From contig NW_024704743.1 of NCBI RefSeq assembly GCF_018977255.1, forward strand, positions 27,902,001-27,966,000: a DNA stretch of 64,000 nucleotides, written 5' to 3'. Source of the DNA: Callorhinchus milii. Taxonomy: Eukaryota. Of the stretch, positions 13,530-26,450 are shown piece after piece (position 1 is the first letter of the stretch; every line of letters begins with the position of its first letter). The position numbers and the translations under genes were made by a program. The notes beneath the pieces are model-generated. The model saw only the letters and a program-made list of their open reading frames with translations, ran no database searches and was not told where the DNA came from.

Positions 13530-13878
13530 CTTGAAAAATGAAGAGATTTCGAAAGATGAAAAATGCAGTGATTTTTGTGACAAGTTTCATTCATAGCAAC
13601 TCTTCTTGCCATTGGAGCTGTGTGTCCCCTAAACCTATGGGAACGGAAGTAACCAGAAATAAAATCGGTGGGAGTGATGCTGCAACATTGGAGTACGAAA
13701 AACAGGAGGAGATCATTCAGCCCATCAAATCTGTTCCAGTTATCAGCAAATGATTGCTGGCTTGAATTACCATATATTAAACCTCTACATTCAAAAAGGT
13801 GCAATTGTTTTACAATGCTTTCAACCAGAGATATGCTTTCCCATTTATTTGGCAGGAGACTGTTTAGCACATTTCTAA
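13530..13878 (-). pseudogene. Dynein-like pseudo-exon: AAA5
   Basis: Acceptor cctttcacag| and a long open frame. SISLVESIVKQL resembles PVLxENVxEEL, and FDGLNDLLLFFV resembles xxYNxxFRLxLT. Confidence 0.5.
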
Positions 13879-14089
13879 CTGTGAAAGGCGAGATACGAAA
13901 AACATAGCAATAGTAATTTTTGGAAGTAGGAATGGGAGAAGACGACTAAGAAAAATTCTGTTTAATGTAATGTATTGCCAACCTGGTTTTAATGTGATCT
14001 GTGGAGACACTACCGCTATAATTTGTCAAACTGTTGTGAAAATGTGCAGCAGAAGTTTGACAATTAAAACCTTATAAGTTGGCTAAAGG

Positions 14090-14380
14090 TTTCAAGAGTT
14101 GTGCATAGCACTGTGCAGTATAAAGGCATATGGTAAATCAACTGTGATTGACCCATTAATCTTGGCCAGCAAAGGAAGTATCAGTATTACATTGCTTATA
14201 TCCTCTTTGTTGCTTTCCTCTCTGGTCCATTTCATCAGCACTGCTGTAAGTTCCTCATCATTTAGTCCAGATTTTGCTGAACCGACAAGCATTTGATCCT
14301 CCCAGAACAAACCAAGACATCGAAAAACAACTACTACACAGATATTCTGGAGAATTAATTCCTTTTGCACACCAAAGCAT
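14090..14380 (-). pseudogene. Dynein-like pseudo-exon: CC2 end/AAA5 start
   Basis: 92 open codons. QKELILQNICVVVVFRCLGLF resembles xLxGDxLLAAAFxxYLGPF, and MKWTREE..ISNVILI..ITVDLP resembles xxWxxxGLP..ENxII..PLxIDP. Confidence 0.65.
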
Positions 14381-15483
14381 AAGGGTCATTCAAGATGTGT
14401 GTGCATATGGAGGGGAGAGAGGTTAACAGTAATGTTTTAAGTTATATATCAGGATTTGTTTTTAAAAATCTAACAAAAAACATTTTGTTCTGATTTTGTT
14501 CCTTATAATAATAAATCCTTGCATTTGATATCGCACTGATTGTATCAAAACATCCCAAAGCATTTTACAGTAAACACTATCAAGGGTAGGACGGTGTACT
14601 TGTAAGCGAATGCAACAGCCAATTTGCGCACAGCAATGTCCCACAAACGACCAGAAGGTGAATGATCAATTGTTCTGGAGTATTGTTAGCCAGAACACTG
14701 GGAAAAACAACCTCTTTTTGAATAGTGCCATGTGATCTTTAACATCAACCTGAACCAGCAGACAGGACCTGAGTTTAATAAAACATCTGAAAGTCAGCGC
14801 CTATAACAATGCAGGCAGCCCCCAGTACTGCAGCATCAACCTTTTCCATGAAATGAAAGTACTAACTTGGGGTTTGATCCAGAGGCAAGAATGCTACAAC
14901 AGCCAGGCTAACACTTAATTTTTTAATGGGACATAGATCCCCAGTTCCAGATCACCCAAAATATTAGGGAAGGTAACTTTTTGTATGTTTGAATAAAATG
15001 GAAACTGAAATATCGTGAATGAACAAAAGCAGGGGAAATTGTTGCCTTATGAATGATCTAATAAGGCATTGTTCAGCATGGGTCGTTGGCTATTCAGCAC
15101 CCGATGGCATCAGGCAATGTAGATAGCACAACTAAATGCAAATCAAGTTTATATTCTATTAAAACAGCTCTCTTTTGAAACTTGTTTGGTTGTACCATTC
15201 ATTGTACAGTACATGTTTTCTGCACGTGATGTACAGTGCTGTGCTATACTGTATATGGAAAGAATGGGCTACCATGTGCATGATACAGAAACCTTACCTT
15301 TATGTCACCAGTCAGTAGAGTACTTGTGCATTTGTTAAGTGTTTGTCATATAAAATCTGACTTATGCATAACTTTACATAAGTCATATATGATATCACTT
15401 ATGCAAGTTTGCTATAACGCATGCTTTGCATAAGTCACATTAAACGTTATGGTACCAACTAATATGACTTATGTGAGTCTTAC

Positions 15484-15992
15484 TGCGTATTGGAAAAGGT
15501 TGGGCTGAAGATATTAGCAACAAAGTAGCAATACAGTGGATTTAGTGCTCCCAAAGGGTGACATTAGCTTCCTCAGTTGCATAAAAGGTAGTTTGATGGA
15601 CAGCTTAGTAATTTTCAAGGCTGTTTAAAAGGTTAATCTTTGATGTTCTTTGAAGTCTTTAACATCTGTGTTTTTCTTCATGTTAATCACGATGCGATCA
15701 CTTGACATGTTTTCAGTTTTGCATTTTACTTAAGAACACAGACTGTCTGGGTTTCCGTCAGTCAGTAATGCAGTAATTTTGCAGAGAGCGCCAGTTTGAG
15801 AGGAGTCACATCAATATCTTTGACCGATATCCAATGCATTGTATTCAGGAGGAGTTTACCCTTCGGCAGCATATTGCATGAATATGACAACAGCACAGAT
15901 GGACTAGTTAATAAACTCCAGCAAGTTGTATGAATTGCTTTATCAATTAACAGCAACGTAGAAAACAACCCCAAGTGTGTTGTTTTAATTTC
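15484..15992 (-). pseudogene. Dynein-like pseudo-exon: stalk CC1 + microtubule-binding domain
   Basis: Acceptor tttcag| at 15992. LNTMHWISVKDID resembles ALxxLxxxDIxE, NLLNSLENY resembles FLxSLxNYDK, and EEANVTLWEH*IHCI resembles SxAxxxLCxWVxA. Frameshifts are present; donor |gtaaga. Confidence 0.65.
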
Positions 15993-17932
15993 CTGAAATC
16001 TGAGAGTGCACTTCAAGAACTATTAATGATTTTAGCGTTTCTTTAAAAAACAGCAAGAGTGAAGCTTTCTGCACAATAGAACTGTGTCTTCAACAGCAGG
16101 GAACAATTTCTCTTCAGCAGTTCCCATTCTGAATGAATCCAGCTCTTCAATTGAGATAACAATTAAATAATAATAATCCTTGCATTTGATATTGCACCTT
16201 TCACCTTGGGAGGATGTATCAAAGTGCTTCATGGGATTTACTGTAAAGTGTAGTATATGCATATATTTTAGGCGAAAGTGGCAGCCAATTTGTGCACAAC
16301 AATATCCTACAAACAGCCACAAAGAGGATAGCCAATTTTATTTGGGGGATTGTTGGCCTGGACACCAGGAGAAATTCCCTTCTCTTTAAAATCCACCAAA
16401 AAAGAAACGGTCTACAAAGAATATATAGCACAGAAACAGGCCACTCAGCCCAACCAATCCATGCTGGTGTTTATACTCTACACAAATATTCATCCATTCC
16501 TTACTCCCTCCCTTAAACTTCTATTTGAACAGACGGGACAATGGTTTAACATCTCACTGAAGGATGACACATCCAGCGATGCAGCATTCCTCCAGCACTG
16601 CACTAGAGTTTGAGTCTAGATAATTTGATTTCAAAGTCCCAATGTTAAAGGGACGTCAACTGATCCATTCTTAGCCATGTTCTAGTATTCCATTCAAAAT
16701 TGTAATTGGCATTGCCTTGGAAGCAGCAATTGTCCCACCCTCAACTGACAAATGATGATCAGTGCGATCTGACCATGAGAAGGAAAATAAAAAGAAAATT
16801 ATGAATTGGAGAAATTAATAAAGACATCAACAAGTACTTTCCTTATAAAGCACTTCTCTTCAAACTTCTTGTTGTGTTTGCTTCATGCATAATAAATAAA
16901 GGTAGAAAAATGAAATAGGCCACCAATCTCTCAGATTAAATGAGTTATTCATTTCATGGCTCTTTGAGGGATATTGCTGCGTGGAAATCGGCTGCTTAAA
17001 AATACACTGTCATCACACTTCTCAGAAATTCCCTGTGATGTGTTTTGAAATGGTACAGTCACTGCGTACAATGTAAGGACTATTATTTTTATCTTCTCCT
17101 GCTCCCTTACTTTTTAATTAAAGCTGCTGACCGCAAGTGAATCTCAGACTATTGATAAGTTTTTTTCTGACAAAGCAGAACGATTTGCTTTCTATATGCT
17201 TTCTGTTATCTGAAGATGTGAATGTCTGTACCATTTTTGTATTTTATCATGAGCATTGTAGTGAACCCCTTTATTGTGATTATGTTGTACTGAATTCATA
17301 GTACAAGTCTGATGTAAGGACATAGGAGCAGTTCCTGATCCTGACTGGATTGTGCTTCTGATTCACAGTACAGATGGAATCTGTTATAGCATGCTTCAGC
17401 ATAACATGAGTCTATTTATAGTGTGGTATAATTTATTTAAGGGTTCTGAAATGCTACTCTGTGTGAAGGGCGCTGTATAAATGCAAGTTATTGGCTGCCG
17501 CGTTCGCCCACAAATATACACTCAATTCACTTAACAGTGTGTTCTGTGAAGCGCTTTGGGACGTCCTCCCGACGTGAAAAGCGCTACATCAAATGCAAGG
17601 ATTATTATTATTTTTATTATTAAGTTCTTATTGTATGTAGATTCATATACTGAAGTGCAGTACACTTCTGACTTCCAGCATATGTTCTACTGCAATTCAT
17701 AGTGCAGTTTCCTGGACCTAATTCACAGTTTAATGTATAGAACACGACTTGTCACAGCCCCCTGTCTTGTAATGTGGACCTCTCCCCCATCATTTCTGTC
17801 TAGTTTCTACTGGATGCTTGTTAGAAGAAGAATCCATCTCAGAACAAAGTCATTTAAACACATTTGTAATTTTCTTTTTTGTTCAAGAAAAGTACTGATG
17901 TATTGATCAGTATCTGTCTCACAAATTTACAC

Positions 17933-18185
17933 GTAATACATTAATTTGAGGGTAGCTTGTATATGGCAGCTGCTCATCTTGTAGTTGAACATGCAATAAC
18001 ATGAGCAGGTTCACAGTTGCAGAAATATGCCTGTATCGTACTGATGGTATTGTTTAATACAGATGAATTGTCCATTCGTCCGCAACATTGATAAGGGAGC
18101 AGTTGATAAGATCTAAACAAGACCAATGAGGCCCTGATTGATATGGGCTGAACAGTGGCGATAAGTTTCACTTTTTGAAGATCTC
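17933..18185 (-). pseudogene. Dynein-like pseudo-exon: AAA4 C-terminal half
   Basis: LFSPYQSGPHWSCLDLINCSLINVADEW resembles LCFSPVG...FPxLxNCCTIDWFxEW. It is followed by VNLLMLLHVQL (xxxxxxHxSV) and YTSYPQI (PTSYLEL). This is the best single match. Confidence 0.75.
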
Positions 18186-18692
18186 CTGAACAGAGTGGAA
18201 CGCTTCAACAAAGCGATGTTTGGCAGTGTTTGTGGACAAGTATTGACTGAAGAGACAGAGAAAAAGATAAATGTTTCGTTATTGCAGCCAATTGTCCCAC
18301 AAACAGTCATGGATGGAGTAACCAAATTATTATTTTTTTCATTTTATTTTGTTTTAAGGAATTATTACCTCCCAGAAAGTGATCTACCATTCGAATAACA
18401 ACCGGGTTCCTAATTTTGCTTTTAAAAATTATGAGATTACATCTGTTCTGAAATGTCACGCTTTTATATCCATTTATTGTAAAGACTAGTCAAGGAACTG
18501 ATCACCTTTATGATAACAGATTGCTCCTAAGACTGATTTGAAAAACATTCTGGCCCCTGTCTTAGATATCACTAAATTGGAGCAATTTATTATCAATTCA
18601 TGAGCTAGTGTTTGGGATATTCATTAAGTGTATATCCTATTTTTACCACACTCAAGAGCCCAGACAAAACAGCAATACCCCACAAGCGTATC

Positions 18693-18959
18693 TTCCAGGC
18701 AGGGCGAAACCTTGGGCAAGTTTCCTTACTCCACACGCCTAATAATAATCCCTCCAAAACCAAAAAAAAAAAAAAACAATAATAAATTGGTCATTTTCAA
18801 TCCATGACTGTTTGTGGGACATTGCTGTGCGCAATTGGCTGCCGCGTTTCGCCCACAAATATACAGTCAATTCACTTTACAGTATATTCTGTAAAGCGTT
18901 TTGGGACGTCCTCCCGACGTGAAAAGCGCTATATCAAATGCAAGGATTATTATTATTAT
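18693..18959 (+). mobile_element. tRNA-derived SINE (short form), 5'-truncated
   Basis: Nearly identical to 57810-58061. Confidence 0.9.
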
Positions 18960-19434
18960 AGTAATGTGCGTTTTTTAATCTGGGGGAACGTTGACCATTA
19001 TGTTTGTCATCCTTTTGGGGAGGACAAGTTTGCAGGGCTACGGGGAGAGAGTGGGGGAGTGGGATGGAATTGGATAGCTCTTTTCATAGACACGATGGGC
19101 CGAATAGTCTCCTTTTGTGCTGTATAATTCTATGATTCTATGATTATACTAGGCGCAACTCCCTATCTTTGTGAATATTGCCAAGAGATCTTTACATTCA
19201 TTTGAAAAGGCAGATAGAACCTCAGTTTAATATCTCATCCAAAAAGACAGCAGCTCTGACAATGCAGGGTTGCTCCAGCATGGAGTGGAGTGAACCGAGA
19301 TGATAAGCTCAAAGTCCCAACATGGGGTTTGAACCCATAACCTTATGTGCTACCAACTGACACTGAAAGTTAAGTTTACATTTGAAATTGTACTGCGGTG
19401 CCTTTCCCAAGTTTTATTTTGTGTTTCGACTCAC

Positions 19435-19836
19435 CCATGAATAATGGCTCTTTGGATGAGGTGTTGGGAGGCTACTGCACATATGGAACTGTACCCCCAG
19501 AGAAGGAAGATGCTGGGAAATATTTCTGGAGAGACTAGATGAGAGCAGGGAGAAAATTGGTGTGGAGAAACAGACAAATTCCCCACGGTTTTCCTTTGAA
19601 TTTGAGAGGATGCTAGGAGATGCTCATCTCTGCAGTACAGTTCTAACATTAAGACACAAAGTCTAAACCTGTCTGTTACAGAGGTTAATACTTCTCTCGC
19701 TGTCTTTTGGCATAATAACAGCGCATGACTTTCACCGTGGAAGATGTGATCTGGCAACATCCGAGGTTTTGACAACTGCATGACAGTGAAGCCAAAGAGG
19801 TGCCAAAAAAGACGATACATTTTAGACATGGTCCCC
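19435..19836 (-). pseudogene. Dynein-like pseudo-exon: AAA3 lid to AAA4 P-loop
   Basis: Acceptor tttccttcag| after a 78-nt intron, donor GG|gtgagt, and 132 open codons. MYRLFWHLF resembles LxRLWxHE, and the terminal IQRAIIHG resembles PRGxALLVG. Confidence 0.7.
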
Positions 19837-19914
19837 CTGAAGGAAACACATGGAATGACTAAAAACAGTTCTGTTCGGTCACTGATTAAATATAAATTTC
19901 AATGTGCTGCTCAC

Positions 19915-20092
19915 TTGATACCAAATATCTCATTATAGCTTGAAAGTCGCTCTGGGTGAGTTGGATTCGACTTTTGAATACACAGCGAGGCTCATTGCTG
20001 CTGGAGGCCAAGATTGTAATCAGTTTCAGGCGCACTATGCATCGGTGGGTATTATCAGATACATCAGCAAAACTGAGTAGGCACAGAAAATG
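19915..20092 (-). pseudogene. Dynein-like pseudo-exon: AAA3 lid
   Basis: Strong acceptor ttgttttctttgcag| and donor |gtgagc; stop-free. HFLCLLSFADVS resembles HYxFNLRDLS. Confidence 0.65.
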
Positions 20093-21389
20093 CTGCAAAG
20101 AAAACAATACAAAAGTGTTAAATATTTAAAAATTCAATGACATGTTTGTTGTGTGTATGAAATATGGACTGAAAGGTCAGTAAATGCATTGACAGCCTAA
20201 AGAAGAACTGTAAACTTCATAACTCACACAACATTGTGTTTTGGATTAAGACATCACGTCACTCATTAAATATCATATGCAATGATCCTCAGAAACTTTT
20301 CTTGTACAATTCAGATCAAGAAGGTTGCATGCAGATTGGTGGAGAAGTAGATTTCTGTAGCATAGGATTTACAACACAACAACAACTTGCATTTTACTAG
20401 GTAGCATCTCACAGCACTTAACAGCGATGTGGTTTGACACCAAGCTGGAAAGAGAGGATAATTGAATGACCGCCTGGTCAAAGGAGAAAGTTTTCAGGTG
20501 TGATTTGACATTGGGCAAAGAGTGTGTAAAATGGAGGGAGGGACTGAGGCAGAGAGTTCCAGAAATTCAGGGCAGAGTGCTCAAAGCACATCCTTCAAAG
20601 CTGAAGTGGAGGGTACTAGGGATGTGCAGAAGATGCAGAAGATTTAGCCATCGTTCACTTTGATTTGTGCAAATATGTATTTTTTTTAACATGTTACATT
20701 TTACTAAGTTAAATATTTCCAGGGTCGTTCCTCATCACACACCATTGAAGAGGTGGGATTATCCACTAGGGTAAAACCAGTCACTAGGAGATGCCCAAGC
20801 ACAGTATTGCATTGGCTCTCTTGATTTATTTATTTCCTTCCTCTCCCTTGGGGAAGTGGGCTTCAATAGTTTTTTTTCCCCCTACAGAAATGCATAGATT
20901 TCGGAGGAGGTGCTCAGGCCTGTTCCACTTTGATGTTTTGCAGCTCTGTGCCCATCAGGTTTAGTTTTACTCTTCCTTCACTCAGATTGCACATCTCACA
21001 TACTTCGTTATATACCTTTTGCTTTCTTTCAAACGATGTGACCCAAACTTGTTACCCTCTCACTAAACGATCAACAGTAGCAGCAAAGAAAAATAACTGG
21101 GCAGTTTTACAATTGTGTGTGTTTGTGTTATTGTCAAGTTGAGTGGTGCAGGGAAGGCAGGTTATTTTATAGTCTATATTTAAAAAGATAACTGACAATT
21201 CTCCATTTCCTTCAACAATTAAGTCAATACAGAAGAGGGATCAAATCCATTAAGAACCCATCATAAAATACAGTCAATCCATTTTACAGTGTATTCTGTG
21301 AAGCACTTTTAAGTGTCTCAATGATGTCTTAAGACACTATACCAAATGCAACAATTATTATTATTAAAAGTGGTGTTGGTCAGGGACCA

Positions 21390-21810
21390 GATGTAAGAGA
21401 GGAAAGAAAGCTGAGAGTTGAACAATATTCAGCTGATAATTTTTCAGGACAGAACTTTATGGTTAATAGATTTCAGTCTTCTTTTCATGAAGCATGAGCA
21501 TTAACTAGAGTATCCAGTGCCACATGTAGCAGTAATTTCCCAATAGCTCAGTTAGTTGAGCACAACATTTGGCCTGGAAGGTGCTTTGGATTTGAATACC
21601 AGGGAGGCCCATAGCCCTCAGAGATTGGTGAAATGAATATTGTATCTAAAATTTCCTCGGGGAGCATGGTGGGAGAAGGAGCAAGCTCTGGGGGGTTTTC
21701 CTGGACTGAACTGGATTTAAAGAGACATCTGTGTAAAGACAATTAAACATGTTTTCAACTCTGTTGAAGCTCCATTTATCCAGTTAGCCAAATGAGGGTA
21801 CCACGTTTGT
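21390..21810 (-). pseudogene. Dynein-like pseudo-exon: AAA3 core
   Basis: KTCLIVFTQMSL*IQFSPGKPP resembles KKLVxFxDDLNMP...YGxQPP. LDTIFISPISEGYGPP resembles DIxFVAAMxPPGGG. Confidence 0.5.
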
Positions 21811-21839
21811 AAAGAGAAAGGTATTAAATCTTGAAAACC

Positions 21840-22200
21840 ATGTGGTGAGGGAGGGGACGAGACAGAGGGACTGCGGGATGGAGTTCCAGAGGGTGGGTGC
21901 AGAGTGGCGGAAGGCCCGCCCATTGATAGTGGGGCGAGCAAGGCGGGGAACGTGAAGCAGGCTGGAGCCCACTGAGTGGAGGGAGCGAACAGGATGGTAG
22001 GGGGATAGGAGGGCGACATTGCAGAGGTGGGGGAAGCCAGAGCACATCATGGCGCAGATGTGGGGTAGAAAGTATAGTTCAGGGACAAGACCTCGGGGTT
22101 CCAGACTAGCTTAGCAAGGTGGAGTGTGCAATATGGATAGTGATTCTGTCAGCGCCTGAGGTGAGGAGGCGCTGACGGGAGCCAATCAGGAGACCCTCGG
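21840..22200 (-). mobile_element. L2 LINE fragments, internally deleted
   Basis: GRAFRHSAPTLWNSIP and a segment similar to 22950-23110. Confidence 0.85.
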
Positions 22201-22249
22201 TAGCTGGTAGTAGCAGACTGTGAGTGGGGAAATGCTAGAAAATCTCATC

Positions 22250-23510
22250 AACGACAACAACAAAATTACATATTTAGAGTGCCTTTCAAGTCGGGAGGAT
22301 GTCCCAAAGCGTTGAACAGTTAGGTGTCGGGGCCCGAGCATGGGGAAAGGGTGGTGTAGGGGTGAGGGAAGACAGAGAGGTGGGAGGGAGACCAAAGGCA
22401 CGGTTGAAGAGAAGTGTCTTGAGACCGGCCTTGAAGGAGGTAAGGGAGGAAGCGAGGCCAAGGGACCGTGGGAGGGAGTTCCAAAGCATGGGGGCAGAGA
22501 GGCTGACAGCCCGGTCACTGATGGTAGGGCGGGTCAGACGGGAGACATGGAGCAGGCCGGAGCATGATGAACGGAGGAGTGGGCAGGTTGGTAGGGAGCC
22601 AGCAGGTCAGAGAGGTAGGAGGGGGCAAGGCCATATATGGCCTTAAAGGTGAGGATGAGGATCTTGAACTCGATCCTCTGGGGGATGGGGAGTCAATGGA
22701 GTCGGGCGAGGGTGGGAGTAATGGGGTCACGGAGCCTGGTGCGTACATGAGCATCACACATGAGTACATGAGTTGCAGAGTTTTGGATGATTTACAGCTT
22801 GTGAAGGGAAGAGTTGGGAAGGCCGATGAAGAGGGAGTTCCCGTAATCAAGCCTTGAGGTGACAAATGCACGGGTGAGGGTTTTGGAAGCCTGAGGGGTG
22901 AGGCAGTGGCGGAGTCTGGCAATATTGTCGAGGTGGTGATAGGCAGTGCCGATCATGGCGCAGATGTGGGGGAGAAAGAACAGTTCAGGGTCAACCAAGA
23001 TACCCAGGTTCCTGACTGGCTTAGTGAGGTTGAGTGTGCAGCCATGGAGGCTGATGCTGCCAGCGCCTGAGGCGCGGAGGCGCTGGCGCGAGCCAATCAG
23101 GAGGGTCTCGGTCTTGCAGATATTGAATTGGAGAAAGTTGTCCCTCGTCCAGGACTTGATGTCAGACAGGCAGTCGGTCAGGATGCCATTAGTCGTGGAG
23201 TTCAGGGTAGAGGCAGAGAGGTAGAGTTGGTTGTCATCCGCATACGTGTGGAAATTTACCCCATGTCTGCAGATGATGTCACCAAGGGGGAGCATGTAGA
23301 GTGTGAAGAGGAGGGGACCGAGGACAGAGCCTTGAGGAACACCGCACGAGTTAGTGCAGGGGCTGGAGGAGAAGCCATTTGCCGCGACGAAGTGGAGGCA
23401 GTGTGAAAGGTAGGACCTGAACCAGTCAAGGACAGAATCTTGAAGGTTGAGGTGGGAGGAGTGGTGGTGGAGGAGGATTGAGTGGGCCACGATGTCAAAG
23501 GCGGCAGAGT
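22250..23510 (-). mobile_element. L2-clade LINE, 5'-truncated, frameshifted
   Basis: [24 protein letters not shown] and SRLDYGN motifs; 3' tail at about 22250; same family as 32051-33265. Confidence 0.95.
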
Positions 23511-23551
23511 TGTTGTTCCAGTGAGCTCTACATTTGGCACTATTACTGTAC

Positions 23552-23800
23552 CTCACATCCCATCTTCAGTTTGTTTTGGCTTCTTTGCAATGGCCCTTTG
23601 TTTCAGGCACAATTAAAGAATTGCACTTTGCAAGGTATATACACCCTTGTGGGTCCTCTGTGCACTTCTCCTTGTTGAATGTGTTCCTGTCCTAATGAGA
23701 TGCCTTGCTTGTTAAAGAGTAGCGTATACAGATGGTTGTGTAGCCAACTGTTATTATGCCAAGGATACAGGATTCCTGCTACTTTTAGCCATGACTAACC
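23552..23800 (-). pseudogene. Dynein-like pseudo-exon: AAA3 P-loop region (degenerate)
   Basis: WLHNHLYTLLFNKQGISLG resembles RxxYLLxxLLxNKxPVLLVG. Donor GAG|gtacag. Confidence 0.55.
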
Positions 23801-24149
23801 ATGATAAGCCTCATTGCTTACGCCAGAGACAATGGGGTGAAAAGTGTGATGCTTTGTAACAGATTGGTTATCACGAGAATGCGTTGTGGAATGTGTTGTG
23901 AAAAATCACATACTTGGATCTATTCCTAAGAACTGAACCCCTCTGCGCACACACACACACACACACATACACATATACCCACGCACACCGAATTATCACA
24001 ATGGTTTGCTCCTAAGAATGTTTCAAGATCTTCATTCCTGCCTTGCAGCTGTGATTTTCGTTCAGTGTGTTGAAAGGTGAACCTTGAGAAATATTTTGGG
24101 TAAAAAATGCAACACGTGACAATTATCATATCATATCATAGGTCACACT

Positions 24150-24472
24150 GTTCATCCCCAATTTCTACTACAGCTATGTTCAGCCTAGTACACAGGAATG
24201 GATTTCTCTGACTAAGCCTATCCTGGCTCAGATCTTCCTAGTACGGTACATCTCTATTGTCGTGTCTGTTTCCTTTTCTCTAATTCTCCTTCCTTCGCTG
24301 ACAGTGCTGTCTTAGGTTGAGCAATGGTTCCATGGCATTAACGTCCTTATTAGGACACGCCTTATGCAACCAGCCAGAGGAAACACTAACCCTCCTCCAT
24401 CAGAACTGTGATGTCAGGCACCTCCTTCTCTCAACAACATTGTGCTGTCAGAGGGACCAGCCGAGCACTGGA
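24150..24472 (-). pseudogene. Dynein-like pseudo-exon: AAA2 core
   Basis: Acceptor tctttaacag| at 24472. GWLHKACPNKDVNAMEPLL resembles WIxFDGPVDxxWxENMNxVL, and RNPFLCTRLNIAVVE resembles ASPATVSRCGMxxxE. Confidence 0.5.
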
Positions 24473-24624
24473 CTGTTAAAGACGAATAGCTCCCTTCTCT
24501 CTCTCCACCCCACAGCACTGTATTGACAAACACAACTCTCTTCCCTCCCACCCCACACCAGCACTGTACTGTCACGAACATCCAACAATGATTCGTATTA
24601 CAAACACGTCAAATTTTTATTTCT

Positions 24625-24850
24625 TTACCAATTTTTTTTAGCAAAAGTCCCTGTTCCCTTTTTGATGTAACACCCAGTTAATTAGACGTGTGAGACTCCA
24701 GAGCTACAAAATATTTGATAATTCTCTTTGAAAGGGGCTACATCCCATGTAAACTTTCTCCGAAGGATTTTCAGAGCTCTGTCAGCATCCTGTTCAGCAC
24801 TAATGTGGAAAATATATTATTCTTGTTGTATCTCACACTTGTTGTATGCT
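24625..24850 (-). pseudogene. Dynein-like pseudo-exon: AAA2 P-loop region (degenerate)
   Basis: LSKRIIKYFVALESHTSN*LGVTSK resembles KxIQLYExxxxRHGVMLVGPxGxGK. It abuts a CR1 insertion at 24868. Confidence 0.5.
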
Positions 24851-24867
24851 AAACCTTTATAATTTAC

Positions 24868-25418
24868 TGGTTAGGCCTCAGCTAGAGTATTTGGATCCAA
24901 TTCTGGGCATCAACATTTAGGAAGGATATCAAAGCCTTGGAGAGGATGTAGAGGAGACTTACTAGAATGGTACCAGGTATGAGGGACTTTAGTTATGTGG
25001 AGAGGCTAGAGAAGCTGGGATTGTTTTCCTTGGAGCAGAGAAGGTTAAGGTTTAATAGAGGTGTTCAACATTATGAGTGGTTTTGATAGAGTAAATGGGG
25101 AGAAAATATTTCCACTGGCAGGTGGGTCGGTAACCAGGGGACGTTGATTCAAGGTAATTAGCAAAAGAACCAGAGGGGAGAAGAGGAGATTTTTTTTTAA
25201 ACAGAGAGTTGTTACAGTCTGTAATGCACTGCCTGAAAGGATGGTGGAAACAGATTCAACAACACCTTTCAAAAGGGAATTGGATAGGTACTTCAAGAGG
25301 AAAATGTTGCAAGGATATGGGGAAAGAGCGGGGGATTGGGTATCTTTTCCAAAGAATCAGCACAGGCACGATGGGTCGAATGGCGTCTTTCTGTGCTGTA
25401 ATATTCTATGATTCTATG
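24868..25418 (+). mobile_element. CR1 LINE 3' fragment
   Basis: VRPQLEY..FW..KDI..LE..Y.ERL.KLGLFSLEQRR; ATTCTATG tandem tail. Confidence 0.92.
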
Positions 25419-26229
25419 AGCTCATTATCTACATATGATATTATCTTTAGACAGCCACTGTTCCTACCCTCAAAGTGTGACATTGTCCAGCTTTTAAAAA
25501 GACTCCACTATTTGTTTCCGAGCTCCAAAATGCTATCCTGTGTGAAGGGGGCCATGTAAATGCAAGTTGTTGTTGTTGTTGTTTCGGAAACTTAGCAGGT
25601 TTCAGCTGATGATTCCAAATTTAAAGAGTTAATTTTGACAGCTTCATGTGGTTCAGTGCCGATGTTTCTTTTTGCAGCTAACCTCAGGCCTTTTTTTCAG
25701 GGTATTTTTGATATCCTCAGCTGTTGGCAGGGGTCTTATTTAAACCCTTGACTGTCCAGCACCTTGGGACGTTCTCCCAATGTGAAAGGCGCTATGTAAA
25801 TGCAATTTATTGTTGTTGTTGTCAGTTGCCAGGTGGGTCAGCAGGTTAATGTGTCTTGTTTGCCCTACCTGTCATTTTACCATCGTCACATCTTACTATC
25901 TGAGCTGTGGGTGGCATTGACAATGTAGCAGTATATAGTGTCAGTGGATAGAGTGAGGGAGGAAGATATCTCACCATGTACAGTACTACTAGATAGCGTG
26001 AAGTAAAGAGGGTATCTCACTGTGTACAGTGTCACTGAATGGAGTGAGGTGACAAAGGTGACTGTATGGGCATCAGGTTAAAGATCAAGGTAAGTATCTA
26101 AACACAGGCAAATTCAGTCACATTTTATCAGAGGTCACTGCAGCATTGCAGTGTTCTCTGGCACAGGTACAACTCAAGTTTTGTGAGAATCTATGCATTT
26201 GGGCCCTATTATCCGTTGTAATAGCTCAA

Positions 26230-26450
26230 AATATGTGTATTGTTGACTTCACGTTGGCTGGAATATGGAAACGCTCACAACGCTGTAACCATACAGCTCT
26301 TGGATGTGTCTGGATTTGATCTGGAGGACAGGAATGATTCATGGAAATATAACGGGTGTTAGATAGAAGTGGCTTATAGCACCACAGAGCACCAATGTGT
26401 GGCTTGTTTGTTTGAGTCTTGTGTTCCACCAGTGTTCAATTGGCCCCAAA
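26230..26450 (-). pseudogene. Dynein-like pseudo-exon: end of AAA1
   Basis: HIGALWCYKPLLS weakly resembles HYDFGLRAxKSVL; frame open over ORF 26226-26429. Confidence 0.35.

Noticed and set aside
13690..13760. FADNWNRFDGL resembling the S3 motif of voltage-gated channels
   Set aside because: There are no flanking transmembrane helices or S4 arginine repeat, and neighbouring segments fit the dynein AAA5 position better.
15740..15780. ALLTDGNPD resembling a VWA-domain motif
   Set aside because: No DxSxS MIDAS motif; it lies between the dynein MTBD-like motifs.
18804..19127. Recurrent ORFs ending ..RYIKCKDYYYY (also 57831, 44798, 46533)
   Set aside because: Chance translations of the SINE tail.
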